Origin: an uncultured Thermoleophilia bacterium
GTDB lineage: Bacteria > Actinomycetota > Thermoleophilia > UBA2241
Assembly: GCA_963709635.1 (NCBI GenBank)
Contig: CAVPXA010000026.1
Span: 4,843 to 68,842 of the forward strand
Reading direction: 5' to 3'
Length of the DNA stretch: 64,000 nucleotides
The position numbers and the translations under genes are program-made. This document shows positions 11,569 through 23,437 of this stretch, in pieces. The number at the start of each line of letters is the position of its first letter. Position 1 is the first letter of the stretch. Below the pieces are notes generated by a model, which saw only the letters and a program-made list of their open reading frames with translations, was not told where the DNA came from and did not search any database.

Positions 11569-13143
11569 ATGAGCGACCACACGCGCAAGCTCGCCCTCGC
11601 GGCGGTCATCGTCGCCTCCGCCACGGCCATCTCCCGCCTCACCGGCCTGGGCCGCGAGGTCATCACCGCCGCCATCTACGGCGTCGACCCCTCGTACAAC
11701 ACCTTCGTCTCCGTCTCGGTGATCCCGCAGCTCGTGCAGCAACTCTTCGCCGACGCCGCCATCAGCGCCGCGTTCGTGCCGGTCTTCACCTCGCTGCTGA
11801 CCAAGGGGAGAAGGAGCGCGCCTACCGGCTGGCCGGCAACCTGCTGGGGCTGATCGTCGTGGTGGTCGGCATCGCGGTCGTCGATCCTCGCGCTCGCCGC
11901 CGGCCCGCTCACCGGGTGGATGTACCCCGAGCTCACGGCGACGGCCGCCGGCGCCGACCTGGCCGCTGACCTGCTGCGCATCCTCGTGCCGACGATCCTG
12001 CTGCTCTCGGTGGCCGGCGCGATCAGCGGCGTCCTCTACTCCTTCGAGCGGTTCACCATGCCGGCCGTGGTCTCCATCGTCTGGAACCTGACCATCATCG
12101 CCGCCATCGCGCTGTTCCACGGCTCGCTCGGCGTGGACGCCATCGCCTGGGGCATGCTGGTCGGCACCGTGCTGGAGGTCGTGATGCTGGCCGCCGCGGC
12201 GCGCTATCACGGGCGCTGGCTCTGGCCGCGGTTCGGCCTCGGCGACCCGCTGCTGCGCCGCGTGCTGCTGCTCATGGTGCCGATCACCATCACGCTCGGG
12301 ATCCTCAACTTCAACGCGCTCATCGGCACCTGGTTCGCGCAGTTCGTGAGCGACCGCGCCGCCGCCGAGATCGGGTACGCGTTCCGCCTGTACCAGCTCC
12401 GCAGGGGATCTTCGCCGTGACCATCGGCACGGTGCTGTTCCCTTCGCTCTCGCGGTTCGCGGCGCAGCACGATATCGGGCCGGTTCCGCGACACGGTCTC
12501 GCTCGGCGTGCGCCAGATGGTGTTCGTGAGCCTGCCGTTCGTGGCGTGGTTCGCCGTCATGCCGGCGGCGTTCGTGGAGCTGGTGTACCAGCGCGGCAAC
12601 TTCGACGCGACGGCCACGGTGGAGGTCGCCGGGGCGCTGGCCTTCTTCTCCGTGGGGCTCGTGTTCGCCAACGCCAACATCATGCTCAACCGGTCGTTCC
12701 AGAGCCGGCAGAAGCCGTGGCTGCCGATGTACGTGGCGATCGGCAACCTCATCGTCAACTTCGTGCTGTGCTGGCTGCTCTACAAGCCTCTCGGGGTGCC
12801 GGGGATCACGCTCAGCATGGCGACCGTCTCCGCGGTCAACTTCTTCGCGCTGTTCTTCCTGCTGCGCCGCGACGTGGGGCGTATCGGCGGGCGGGGGATG
12901 GCGACGGCCGCGGGTGGCGCGCTGCTGTGTGCCGTGGCGCTCGCGCTGGTCTCCTACGGCGTGTGGTGGGCGCTGGAGGGGGTCGCGGAGCGCGGCTTCT
13001 GGGGCCTGCTGGCCGCGGTGGTCGCCGCCGTGGTGGCCGGCGGCGCCGTGTACCTGGGGCTCGCCAAGCTGCTGCGGCTCGAGGAGCTCAGCGTGGTGCG
13101 GCAGGTGCTCCGCCGCCGCGGTCGCCGCGGCGCGACTCGGTGA
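11569..13143 (+). CDS. murJ: Lipid II flippase MurJ (MviN) (frameshifts ~11805, ~11880, ~12400, ~12480)
   Basis: SRLTGLGRE, AISAAFVPVF, YAFRLYQL, TVLFPSLSR, LVYQRGNF motifs; multi-TM. Confidence 0.92.
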
Positions 13144-13207
13144 GGCTCGGCGTCACTCGCTGACGCCTCCGCACGGCGGGACCGTTCATCTCCGCAGCGG
13201 CTGGGGC

Positions 13208-13319
13208 CCGGGCAGGTATGTGCGTTGCGGACAAGCACCACCAAGCGTACGCCCAGAAGTCCCATGGCATGTTTGCACGTACGTTTGGAGGTGCTTGTCG
13301 AGATCGCACATACCCCCGG
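13208..13319. repeat. ~110-bp lower-GC element with long imperfect inverted arms (REP/MITE-like)
   Basis: GGTATGTGCG/CGCACATACC, GACAAGCACC/GGTGCTTGTC and CCAAGCGTACG/CGTACGTTTGG pair in register around a ~26-nt loop. Confidence 0.7.
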
Positions 13320-13371
13320 CTGGGCGTCGCGGCGTGCGTGGCTGGGCGGGATCTGATCCCGGTGCCGGCGG

Positions 13372-13857
13372 TCAGGCGGCCGGCCGGCTGACGCGCGCGG
13401 CCGCGCGGCCGGCGAGCGCCCAGCGGACGAGCAGGGCGCCGGCGAGCGCGGCGCAGATCACGGCGACGGTCCAGAAGTAGGCCGCCCAGGCCGGCGCCAC
13501 GGTGGACGTCTCGCCGGGGCCGACGCCCATCTCGTAGTCGACCGGCGCGAGGAGGAGGTCGGCGGCGCGCGACGCGACGGCCGCCGCCAGCGCCGCCCAC
13601 CCGAGCAGGCACACGACGAGCCAGAAGGGCTGCCCGCGGCGGCAGGTGGGCCGGGCGAGGGCGAAGGCCGCCGCGACGACGAGGCCGGCGCCGACGAGCG
13701 CGGCCAGGCCGATGAGCAACTGCAGCCCGGCGCCGCCGTCGAGGCGGGGAAGACCTGCGCCGGCCTGACGCGTGAAGCTGTCGATGGCGACGACCGCGCA
13801 CCAGAGGACGAGCGCCGCGGCCGCGGCGAGACCGGCGATCCTGACGGCGATGCGCAT
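13372..13857 (-). CDS. Hypothetical membrane protein (about 4 TM)
   Basis: GGAGG RBS + ATG; four hydrophobic segments. Confidence 0.7.
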   Translation of the reverse strand: MRIAVRIAGLAAAAALVLWCAVVAIDSFTRQAGAGLPRLDGGAGLQLLIGLAALVGAGLVVAAAFALARPTCRRGQPFWLVVCLLGWAALAAAVASRAADLLLAPVDYEMGVGPGETSTVAPAWAAYFWTVAVICAALAGALLVRWALAGRAAARVSRPAA

Positions 13858-14055
13858 GGCTCCTCCCGCTCGAGCAAGCAGGACACCCGGAGGTTACTCG
13901 TCGCGCGGCGACTGGTCCAGAGGTCCGCGCACGCCGTACCGCAGGTAGACGATGCCGGAGGCGAAGCGGCGTCTCGAGCAGGTCCAGCTGGAGCCGGACC
14001 GGCGGCGGCGGCCAGGGGAGCCTCCCCCGGCGCTAAGCCTGTACAATCAGCGGTC

Positions 14056-15874
<1,819 letters not shown>

Positions 15875-15875
<1 letters not shown>

Positions 15876-16480
15876 TGAGCGGGGGCGCGGGCGGGCAGCG
15901 CGAGCCTGCGGCGCCGGCCGCTGCCCGGCCCCGCTTCGAGCGGCCGGACGCGCGCTTCCGCGAGTCCGTGCTGGAGGCGATCCACGAGTACCACGCCGAG
16001 GGGCGACACGCGGAGCTCGACGCGACGCCGTTTGAGGACCCCGAGGAGTTCGCGCGCTACTGCGAGGCGCTGAACAGCGCGGCGGCCCGGCCGGGCGAAC
16101 CCGACTTCTACTTCGCCCGGCTCAACGGCACCCCGCCGCCCGGCGAGTGGGTCGACGGCTACGTGCCGCAGACGGTGCTCTGGTGGGCGGCCGGCGACGA
16201 GTTCCTCGGCCGCCTCTCGATCCGCCACCGGCTGACGCCGCACCTGCTGTACCACGGCGGCAACATCGGCTTCGAGGTGCGGCCCTCCGCGCGCCGGCAG
16301 GGGCACGCGACGGCGATGCTGGCGGCGGCGCTGCCTCTGGCCGCCGAGCTCGGCATCGACCCGGCGCGCGTGGACTGCGAGGCCGACAACGTGCCGTCTC
16401 GCCGCGTCATCGAGGCGACCGGCGGCGTGCTCGACGAGGAGCGCGACGGCAGCTACTTCTTCTGGGTGCCGACACGGTGA
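15875..16480 (+). CDS. GNAT family N-acetyltransferase
   Basis: [10 protein letters not shown]...[33 protein letters not shown]. Confidence 0.88.
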
Positions 16481-17828
16481 GCGGGCGGCTGGCTGAGGGC
16501 CCGGCCGACCCCTCGCCGCGCGAGTCGGGCGCCACCACTCACAGCGTCGTGCCTCCCGTGCCCTTCGGCGGTCCCGTGCGCCACGTGTACGTCCACGTGC
16601 CGTTCTGCCGGGCGCGCTGCGACTACTGCGAGTTCGCCTCCGAGGCGCGTGGACGCGGAGGCCGGCGGGCGGGCCGGGGCGGAGGTGGCCCGCCGGCTCG
16701 ACGAGTACGTGGACGGTGTGGCCGCCGAGTGGGAGCGGGAGCGGGCGGCGCACGACGTGCGCCGCCTCCGCACGCTCTACCTCGGCGGCGGAACTCCCAG
16801 CCTGCTGGGGCCGGACCGGCTCGAGCGGCTGCTCGAGCTCTTCCGGCCTCATCTCACCGCACACGCCGAGGTGACCGTCGAGACCAACCCCGAGGACGTC
16901 GACGGTCCCTATGCGGCGTGGGCCGCGACGGCGCGCCTCAGTCGCGCGCCGGGCGCGCCCCGCGGCGTGCGCGTCTCGCTCGGCGCGCAGAGCTTCTCGC
17001 CGGGCTGCGCGCCGTGCTCGGCCGGACGGCGCAGGCGGATCCGGCCGAGGTCTTCCGCCGTCTGCGCTCGCGCAGGCGTCGCCAATGCCGGCCTCGACCT
17101 GATCCACGGCATCCCCGGGCAGACGCCGGAGCTGCTGGGCGCGCGACATCGCCGCGGTGCTCGACCTGCGGCCCGACCACGTCTCGTGGTACGAGCTCGA
17201 CGTGGTCGAGGGGACGGCGCTGGCGGCGCGGCTCGGCAGTGCGGAGGCCGCGCCCGGCTGCCGTCAGCCGGTCGCCGGCTCGGCCCACCCGGGCGCCGGC
17301 CTCGATCCGGACGCCATGCCGGCGGACCCGATGGACGACGTGCGCGCCGCCGGCTACCGGCGCATCGTACGCGAGCTCTCCCGCGCCGGCTACGACTGGT
17401 ACGAGGTGAGCAACTTCGCCCTGCCGGGACGCAAGGCGCGCCACAACGTGGCGTACTGGCGCGCCCGGCCCTACCTCGGCCTCGGGCCGGGCGCCGTGAG
17501 CACGGTGGGCGCCCGGCGCTGGCGCAACGCGGCGGCAACGGCGGCGTGGGCCGCGGCCCTCGCTGCCGGCTCGGCGCCGCCGCGCACCGAGGAGGCGCTC
17601 GACCCGGAGACGGCCGCCCGCGAGCGCCTGATGCTCGCGGCCCGCTGCGGCGAGCGCGTGCCGTTCGCCGAGGTGGCCGCGGTCCTCGACCCGGACGCGG
17701 CCGGCGGCCTCGCGCGCGCTGGATTGGTTTCCCTGCACAGTGGTACAATCCGCGTGACGCGAAAGGGGAGGCACGTGGCCGACGAGGTCATCGTGCGCCT
17801 GTTTCGCTCTACGCGTTTAAGGGGGTAG
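16477..17828 (+). CDS. hemW: Radical SAM heme chaperone HemW (several frameshifts)
   Basis: [16 protein letters not shown] (CxxxCxxC), [54 protein letters not shown]; lepA-hemW-hrcA context. Confidence 0.88.
17741..17749 (+). promoter_or_regulatory. Putative extended -10 for hrcA-dnaJ embedded in the hemW 3' end
   Basis: TG-G-TACAAT about 80 nt upstream of the hrcA start, in a locally AT-richer patch. Confidence 0.45.
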
Positions 17829-17829
17829 G

Positions 17830-18849
17830 TTGCCGCTCACCAGCCGGCAGGAAGAGGTCCTCCGGACCGTCATCGAGGAGTACATCGCACTGGGCGCCCC
17901 GGTGGGGTCCCGGCACCTCCACGAGCGCTACCAGTTCGGCGTGGCCGCGAGCACCATCCGCAACGACCTCGCCGACCTCGAGGACATGGGCATGCTGGCG
18001 CACCCGCACACGTCCGCCGGGCGCGTGCCCACCGACGCCGGCTACCGGCACTACGTCGACGCCGTCGTCACGGAGCGTCGCGACGGCACGCCGGCCATCC
18101 TCCTGGAGCGTGACCGGGCCGCGAACGAGATCGACGACGCGCTGCGCGAGACCGCCGAGGCGCTGTCGCGCGTCACCGAGCTCCTCGCCGTCGTCTCGGC
18201 GCCGGCCGTCACGACCTCCACGCTGCGGCACATCGAGATCCTTGCGCTCCAGCCGCGGCTGGTCATGGTGGTCCTCATCACCACGTCCGGCCAGGTGACC
18301 AAGCGCATGTTCTCGTTCTTCGACCCCGTTGATGAGGGCCTCGCCGAGTTCGCACGCGTGTACCTCAACGAGCGGCTGGTCGGCGCACAGCTCGGCACGC
18401 GCCGCGTCGCCGCGACGTTCGACAGCGCGGACCTGCGGCCCAAGGAGCGTGCGTTCCTGGACGCGGTCCGCCCGGCGTTCGAGGCGCCGGGACCGGGTGA
18501 CGTGGAGGGCCTGCACCTCGGTGGCGCGTCGCGGCTGCTCGACAACCTCTCTCGCTCCGGCGCCGGCCACCTCAATGAGGTGCTCGAGATGCTCGAGGAG
18601 CGGTACAACCTGCTCGAGCTGCTCGCCGGGGCGCTGCGCCAGGACGGCGTCTACCTGCGCATCGGCCACGAGATGCCGTCGCCGCCGCTGCAGGAGTGCT
18701 CCCTCGTCTCGACCACCTACGGCGTGGCCAACCGCAGCCTCGGCACGGTGAGCGTCATCGGGCCGACGCGTATGGACTACCAGCGCGTCATCTCGACGGT
18801 GCGGGCGACAGCCGACGGCCTGAGCGCGTATCTTGAAGACATCTGGTGA
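17830..18849 (+). CDS. hrcA: Heat-inducible transcription repressor HrcA
   Basis: PVGSR, STIRNDLADLE, HPHTSAGRVPTDAGYRHYVD, IGPTRMDY; TTG start. Confidence 0.96.
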   Translation: MPLTSRQEEVLRTVIEEYIALGAPVGSRHLHERYQFGVAASTIRNDLADLEDMGMLAHPHTSAGRVPTDAGYRHYVDAVVTERRDGTPAILLERDRAANEIDDALRETAEALSRVTELLAVVSAPAVTTSTLRHIEILALQPRLVMVVLITTSGQVTKRMFSFFDPVDEGLAEFARVYLNERLVGAQLGTRRVAATFDSADLRPKERAFLDAVRPAFEAPGPGDVEGLHLGGASRLLDNLSRSGAGHLNEVLEMLEERYNLLELLAGALRQDGVYLRIGHEMPSPPLQECSLVSTTYGVANRSLGTVSVIGPTRMDYQRVISTVRATADGLSAYLEDIW

Positions 18850-18873
18850 CCACCTTCTGACTGGGGCTGACCG

Positions 18874-20022
18874 TTGAAGCGTGACTACTACGACGTGCTC
18901 GGTGTGCGCAAAGACGCGGACGCGGGCGAGATCAAGAAGGCGTTCCGCAAGCTCGCCCGGGAGTGCCACCCGGACGTGAACCAGCACGACCCGCAGGCCG
19001 AGGCGCAGTTCAAGGAGGCCGCCGAGGCCTACGAGGTCCTCAGCGACGCGGACTCGCGCGCCGCCTACGACCACTACGGGTTCGACGGCCTGCGCGGCCG
19101 GCAGATGACGGACTTCGAGCACGTCGGGTTCGGCGACCTCTTCAACATCTTCTTCGGCGGCGGCATGTTCGACAGCGTGCTGCGCGACGCCGGGGGCATG
19201 TGGGGCGCGGCGGGCGGCAGCGCGCCCGCGCCGCGCGGCGACGACATCGAGACGCGCCTCGACCTCGCCTTCTCCGAGGCGGTCTTCGGCGTCACGAAGG
19301 ACCTGGAGGTCACCGCCGACGCGCCGTGCGAGACGTGCGAGGGCAGCGGCGCCAAGGCCGGTACCGGCCGCGAGCAGTGCCCGCAGTGCCACGGCAGCGG
19401 GCGCGTGCGCGAGGTCTCCAGCCTCGGCGGGTTCGGCCAGTTCATCCGCACCAGCACCTGCAACGTCTGTCGCGGCCAGGGCAGCATCGTCAAGGAGCCG
19501 TGTGAGACGTGCCTCGGCACCGGGCGCCAGCGCCAGACGCGCACCGTGCCGGTGGAGGTGCCGGCGGGCATCGCCGACGGCCAGCGCCTGCGGCTGGCCG
19601 GCGAGGGCGGCGCCGGCGCCCACGGCGGCCGCGCCGGCGACCTGTACGTGGCCATCCGCGTCGAGCCCGACGAGGGCTTCGTGCGCGACGGCGACGACCT
19701 CATCTACCGCCTCGACGTCACCATGGTCGAGGCCGCCCTGGGTACCACCGCCTATGTGCCGGCGCTTGACGGAGACATCGAGGTGCCGCTCAAGGCCGGC
19801 ACGCAGCCGGGCGAGGTCAAGACGTTCCGCAGCCGCGGCGTGCCGGTGCTGCAGGGCTACGGCCGCGGCGACCTCAAGGTCGTGGTCAACGTGCTCATCC
19901 CGCGCAAGCTGGACGACGAGCAGCGCGAGCTGCTCGAGCAGTTCGCCGAGCTGAGCGGCGAGACCACCTACGAGGCCGACCAGAGCTTCCTCGACAAGAT
20001 CCGCGCCGCGTTCCGCCAGTGA
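18874..20022 (+). CDS. dnaJ: Molecular chaperone DnaJ
   Basis: J-domain with HPD, G/F-rich region, four CxxCxGxG repeats, C-terminal domain. Confidence 0.96.
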   Translation: MKRDYYDVLGVRKDADAGEIKKAFRKLARECHPDVNQHDPQAEAQFKEAAEAYEVLSDADSRAAYDHYGFDGLRGRQMTDFEHVGFGDLFNIFFGGGMFDSVLRDAGGMWGAAGGSAPAPRGDDIETRLDLAFSEAVFGVTKDLEVTADAPCETCEGSGAKAGTGREQCPQCHGSGRVREVSSLGGFGQFIRTSTCNVCRGQGSIVKEPCETCLGTGRQRQTRTVPVEVPAGIADGQRLRLAGEGGAGAHGGRAGDLYVAIRVEPDEGFVRDGDDLIYRLDVTMVEAALGTTAYVPALDGDIEVPLKAGTQPGEVKTFRSRGVPVLQGYGRGDLKVVVNVLIPRKLDDEQRELLEQFAELSGETTYEADQSFLDKIRAAFRQ

Positions 20023-20071
20023 GCGTGTCGCGGCTGCACCGTCGCCTCGAGTCCGCGTCACGCCCATAGCT

Positions 20072-21079
20072 ATGGACCGACCTCGCTACACGCGCTACTC
20101 GCTGCGGCTGACGGCCGCCACCGCGCCGTCGCCGGACGCCGGCGTCCTGGCCGCCGCCGCGAGCCCCGACGACGACTGGTCGGGCGCCGCCGCGTACCAC
20201 CCCGGGCCGGACGCCCAGGCGCTCGAGTACACGGATGCCCTCGCCGTCGAGGCGATCCTCGCCCTGCAGCCCGCCGGCTGGCAGGAGGAGGACGGCGGGC
20301 GCAAGCTGGTGTTCTGGCTGGAGGACGGCGCCGAGGCGGACGCGGAGGTCGCCGAGGCGCTCAAGCGCATCGGCTCGCTCGGCCGCCTCGAGGTCAGGCG
20401 CGAGCCGCCCGGCTGGGAGATCGGCGTGGCAACGGTTCCACAAGCCGCACGTGATCGGGCGGCTCTACGTGCGCCCGCCCTGGTACCCGGCACGCGACGA
20501 CCTGCTCGACATCGCCGTCGAGGCCGGGCTCGCCTTCGGCACCGGCGGGCACGCGAGCACGCGCCAGTGCCTCGAGCTCATCCAGACGCTCCCGCCGGGG
20601 TCGCTCCTGGACCTCGGCTCCGGCTCGGGCGTGGTCTCGTTCGCGGCGCTCCGGCTCGGGTTCGGCCCGGTGACCGGCATCGAGATCGACCCAGTCGCCG
20701 TGCACGCGGCCGCCGGCAACGCGGCCATGAACGGCCTCGACCCGACCTTCCTCGTCGGCGACGCCACCGACCCGGCGTACCCGCTGCCGTCCGCCGACGT
20801 CGTGGTGGCCAACATCGCGCTCCGCCCGATCCTGCGGCTGGCGGAGCGCTGGAGGGAAACCGCTGCGGTGTCGGCCGGCGGCGCCCGCCTGCCGGCGCCC
20901 CGCCTGCCGGCGCCCCGCCTGCCGCCTCCGACGTGTCCTCGCCGCCCTCAGAGCTCCTGCTCTCGGGCCTGCTCGTCGAACAGGCCGATAAGGTGCTCGC
21001 GGCCTACCCGCGCTTCGCCGAGACGGCGCGCGTGGACGACGGCACCTGGCTCACGCTCCACCTCTCGAGGCGGACGTGA
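20072..21079 (+). CDS. prmA: 50S ribosomal protein L11 methyltransferase (frameshifts ~20425, ~20900)
   Basis: GLAFGTGGHASTRQCL, LDLGSGSGV, VVANI, LLLSGLL; follows dnaJ. Confidence 0.88.
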   Translation: MDRPRYTRYSLRLTAATAPSPDAGVLAAAASPDDDWSGAAAYHPGPDAQALEYTDALAVEAILALQPAGWQEEDGGRKLVFWLEDGAEADAEVAEALKRIGSLGRLEVRREPPGWEIGVATVPQAARDRAALRAPALVPGTRRPARHRRRGRARLRHRRAREHAPVPRAHPDAPAGVAPGPRLRLGRGLVRGAPARVRPGDRHRDRPSRRARGRRQRGHERPRPDLPRRRRHRPGVPAAVRRRRGGQHRAPPDPAAGGALEGNRCGVGRRRPPAGAPPAGAPPAASDVSSPPSELLLSGLLVEQADKVLAAYPRFAETARVDDGTWLTLHLSRRT

Positions 21080-22623
21080 CGCGAGTCGACGAGGACCGCC
21101 GGCAGGACTGCGGACCGGCCGAGGACCGCGGACCGGCTGGTCGTGGCACACCGGCCCCGGGCTGCGAACCGGTCACGACCCGCGTAGCCGCCAGCTTCGT
21201 GGGCTGCAAGGTCAGTCAGGCCGACGGGGAGGAGGCCCTGGCGGGCCTCGCCGCCGCCGGCCTCGAGCCGGTGGTGGCGCGCGAGGACGCGGACGTCGTC
21301 GTCGTCCACACCTGTTGCGTCACAGCCGAGGCCGAGCGCAAGTCGCGCCGCCTCGTGCGGCGCGCGGCCTCGGCCGGCGCCCTCGTGGTGGTGGCGGGCT
21401 GCGCCGCCGCGCTGCGCCCCGGGCAGTTCGAGGGCGAGGGCGTCACGGTCGCGGCGCAGCCGGACTGGGCTGAGCTGGCGAGCCGGCTGGTCGCCGGCGC
21501 CGGCGCGCAGAGCGACGACCGGAGCGAGGGGGATGTCTCGCCGGAGGCCGGAGCCACATGCGGCACCGGAAGAGGCTCCGGAAGAGGCTCCGGAAGAGGC
21601 TCCGGAAGAGGCTCCGACCCCCAAATGACATCACCCCCCGCGGCCGCGGGCGCAGCGCGAGAGACGCCGCGGGCGACGCTGGGAGCGCGCACGCGGCTGG
21701 TGCTCAAGGTGCAGGACGGGTGCGCCGGCGCCTGCACGTACTGTGTGGTGCGGATCGTGCGCGGCGAGCCCAGAAGCACGTCGCTGCACGCGGCCCTCGA
21801 GGCGGCGCGAGCCGGGCTCGCGCGCGGCTGCGGGGAGGTCGTGCTGAGCGGCATCGACCTCGGCGCGTGGAGGGACGACGATGCGGCTCGGACGGGCACG
21901 TCGGCCCGGAGTGGCGCGCGGCTGCCCGAGCTGGTGGCGGCAGTGGCCCGGCTGGATGGGCTGCGGCGCGTGAGGCTCTCCTCGATCGAGCCGCGGCACG
22001 TCACGCCGGCACTGCTCGAGCAGCTCGCGCACCCTCGCGTGGCGCGCCACCTGCACGTGCCGCTGCAGTCGGCCGACGATGGGGTGCTGCGCGCGATGAG
22101 GCGGCCGTACACGTTCGAGAAGTACCTGCGGGCGGTCGAGGGCCTGCGCGACGTGCCCGGCGGGGCTATGCTCAGCACCGACGTGATCGTCGGGTACCCG
22201 ACCGAGGACGAGGCGGCGTTCGCGCGCACACTGGAGGCGCTGGAGAGCGGCCTCTTCGGGCGCGCGCACGTCTTTGCGTACTCGCCGCGGCCGGGGACGG
22301 CGGCGGCGGAGCTGCCGCCCCTGCCGGCCGCGGTGATCAAGGAGCGCATGGGGCGCGCGCTGGCGGCCGCCGAGGCGGCCGCCCTGACCGCGCGCCGCGC
22401 CGCCCTCGGGCGCGCGGCAGAGGTGCTCGTGGAGGAGCGGCGCGACGGCCTCTGGAGGGGGTACAGTTCGGAGTACATCCGCTACGCGCTGCGCGGGCCC
22501 GCCCGGCGTGGCGAGCTGGTCACAGCGGTGGCCGGCGAGCTCGCCGGTGACGGGGTGAGTGGCGAGGTCGTGGCCGCGGGCGGGCGTCCGGGCGACACGG
22601 CCGGCGACGGCGGCAAGGAGTGA
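21076..22623 (+). CDS. mtaB: MtaB/MiaB-like radical SAM methylthiotransferase
   Basis: GCKVSQAD, HTCCVT, VAGCAA (UPF0004 Cys); KVQDGCAGACTYC; LSSIEP; HLHVPLQS; TDVIVGYP; HVFAYSPRPGT; prmA-mtaB context. Confidence 0.85.
   Translation: MTRVDEDRRQDCGPAEDRGPAGRGTPAPGCEPVTTRVAASFVGCKVSQADGEEALAGLAAAGLEPVVAREDADVVVVHTCCVTAEAERKSRRLVRRAASAGALVVVAGCAAALRPGQFEGEGVTVAAQPDWAELASRLVAGAGAQSDDRSEGDVSPEAGATCGTGRGSGRGSGRGSGRGSDPQMTSPPAAAGAARETPRATLGARTRLVLKVQDGCAGACTYCVVRIVRGEPRSTSLHAALEAARAGLARGCGEVVLSGIDLGAWRDDDAARTGTSARSGARLPELVAAVARLDGLRRVRLSSIEPRHVTPALLEQLAHPRVARHLHVPLQSADDGVLRAMRRPYTFEKYLRAVEGLRDVPGGAMLSTDVIVGYPTEDEAAFARTLEALESGLFGRAHVFAYSPRPGTAAAELPPLPAAVIKERMGRALAAAEAAALTARRAALGRAAEVLVEERRDGLWRGYSSEYIRYALRGPARRGELVTAVAGELAGDGVSGEVVAAGGRPGDTAGDGGKE
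21566..21616 (+). repeat. In-frame 12-bp tandem repeat (CCGGAAGAGGCT x4) in the mtaB linker
   Basis: Four exact copies encoding (GRGS)4. Confidence 0.9.
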
Positions 22624-22636
22624 GGGGTTGAGCGAG

Positions 22637-22978
22637 ATGGACGACTGCATCTTCTGCAGGATCGCCGCGGGGGAGGTCCCCGCGGAGCTGGTGAGCGAGG
22701 ACGCACACTTCGTCGCGTTCCCCGACGCACGGCCGGTCGCGCCGGTGCATCTGCTCGTCATCCCGCGCGACCACATCGCGTCGCTGGATGAGGCCGAGGC
22801 CCTGGCGCCCGAGGCCTCGGCCCGCGCGCTCGAGTTCATCGCCGCCACGGCGCGCTCCGCCGGCGTGGCGGAGAGCGGTTACAGAGTCATCACGAACACG
22901 GGTCCCGACGCCGGCCAGGAGGTCCAGCACCTGCACTGGCACGTGATCGGCGGGACGCGACTGGGAGGCATGGCATGA
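22637..22978 (+). CDS. Histidine triad (HIT) nucleotide-binding protein
   Basis: DCIFCRI, PVHLLVIP, AGQEVQHLHWHVIGG. Confidence 0.94.
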   Translation: MDDCIFCRIAAGEVPAELVSEDAHFVAFPDARPVAPVHLLVIPRDHIASLDEAEALAPEASARALEFIAATARSAGVAESGYRVITNTGPDAGQEVQHLHWHVIGGTRLGGMA

Positions 22979-23433
22979 GGGAGCTCGGCGCGATCGAACA
23001 GCGCATCAAGGACGACGGCATCGCGGCGCTCAAGGCGGGCGACAAGCGGCGCCGCGAGGCGCTCAGCGCCATCGTCGCGGCGCTCAAGAAGGAGCGCATC
23101 GACAGCCGCAAGGAGCCCACGGAGGCCGACGAGCTCACGGTGCTCAAGCGCGAGCGCAAGCGGCGGGCCGAGGCGCTCGAGGTGTACGAGCAGGCCGGTC
23201 GCACCGACCTGGCGGACCAGGAGAGGTACGAGGAGGAGCTCCTCAAGGGCTACATGCCGGAGGAGCTCACCGACGCCGAGATGGAGTCGCTGGTGGACGA
23301 AGGCATCGCAGCCACCAGCGCCGTCACGCCCAAGGACATGGGCAAGGTGATGGGCTGGCTCAAGCCCAAGGTCGCCGGCCGCGCCGACGGCAAGAAGCTG
23401 AGCGACCTGGTCCGCGGGCGGCTGGGAGGCTGA
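22975..23433 (+). CDS. GatB/YqeY domain protein
   Basis: ALKAGDK, KRERKRRAEALEVYEQAGR, DMGKVMG, GRADGK. Confidence 0.93.
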   Translation: MRELGAIEQRIKDDGIAALKAGDKRRREALSAIVAALKKERIDSRKEPTEADELTVLKRERKRRAEALEVYEQAGRTDLADQERYEEELLKGYMPEELTDAEMESLVDEGIAATSAVTPKDMGKVMGWLKPKVAGRADGKKLSDLVRGRLGG

Positions 23434-23437
23434 AGAC

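Noticed and set aside
17700-18880. CIRCE operator near hrcA/dnaJ
   Set aside because: No TTAGCACTC-N9-GAGTGCTAA seen.
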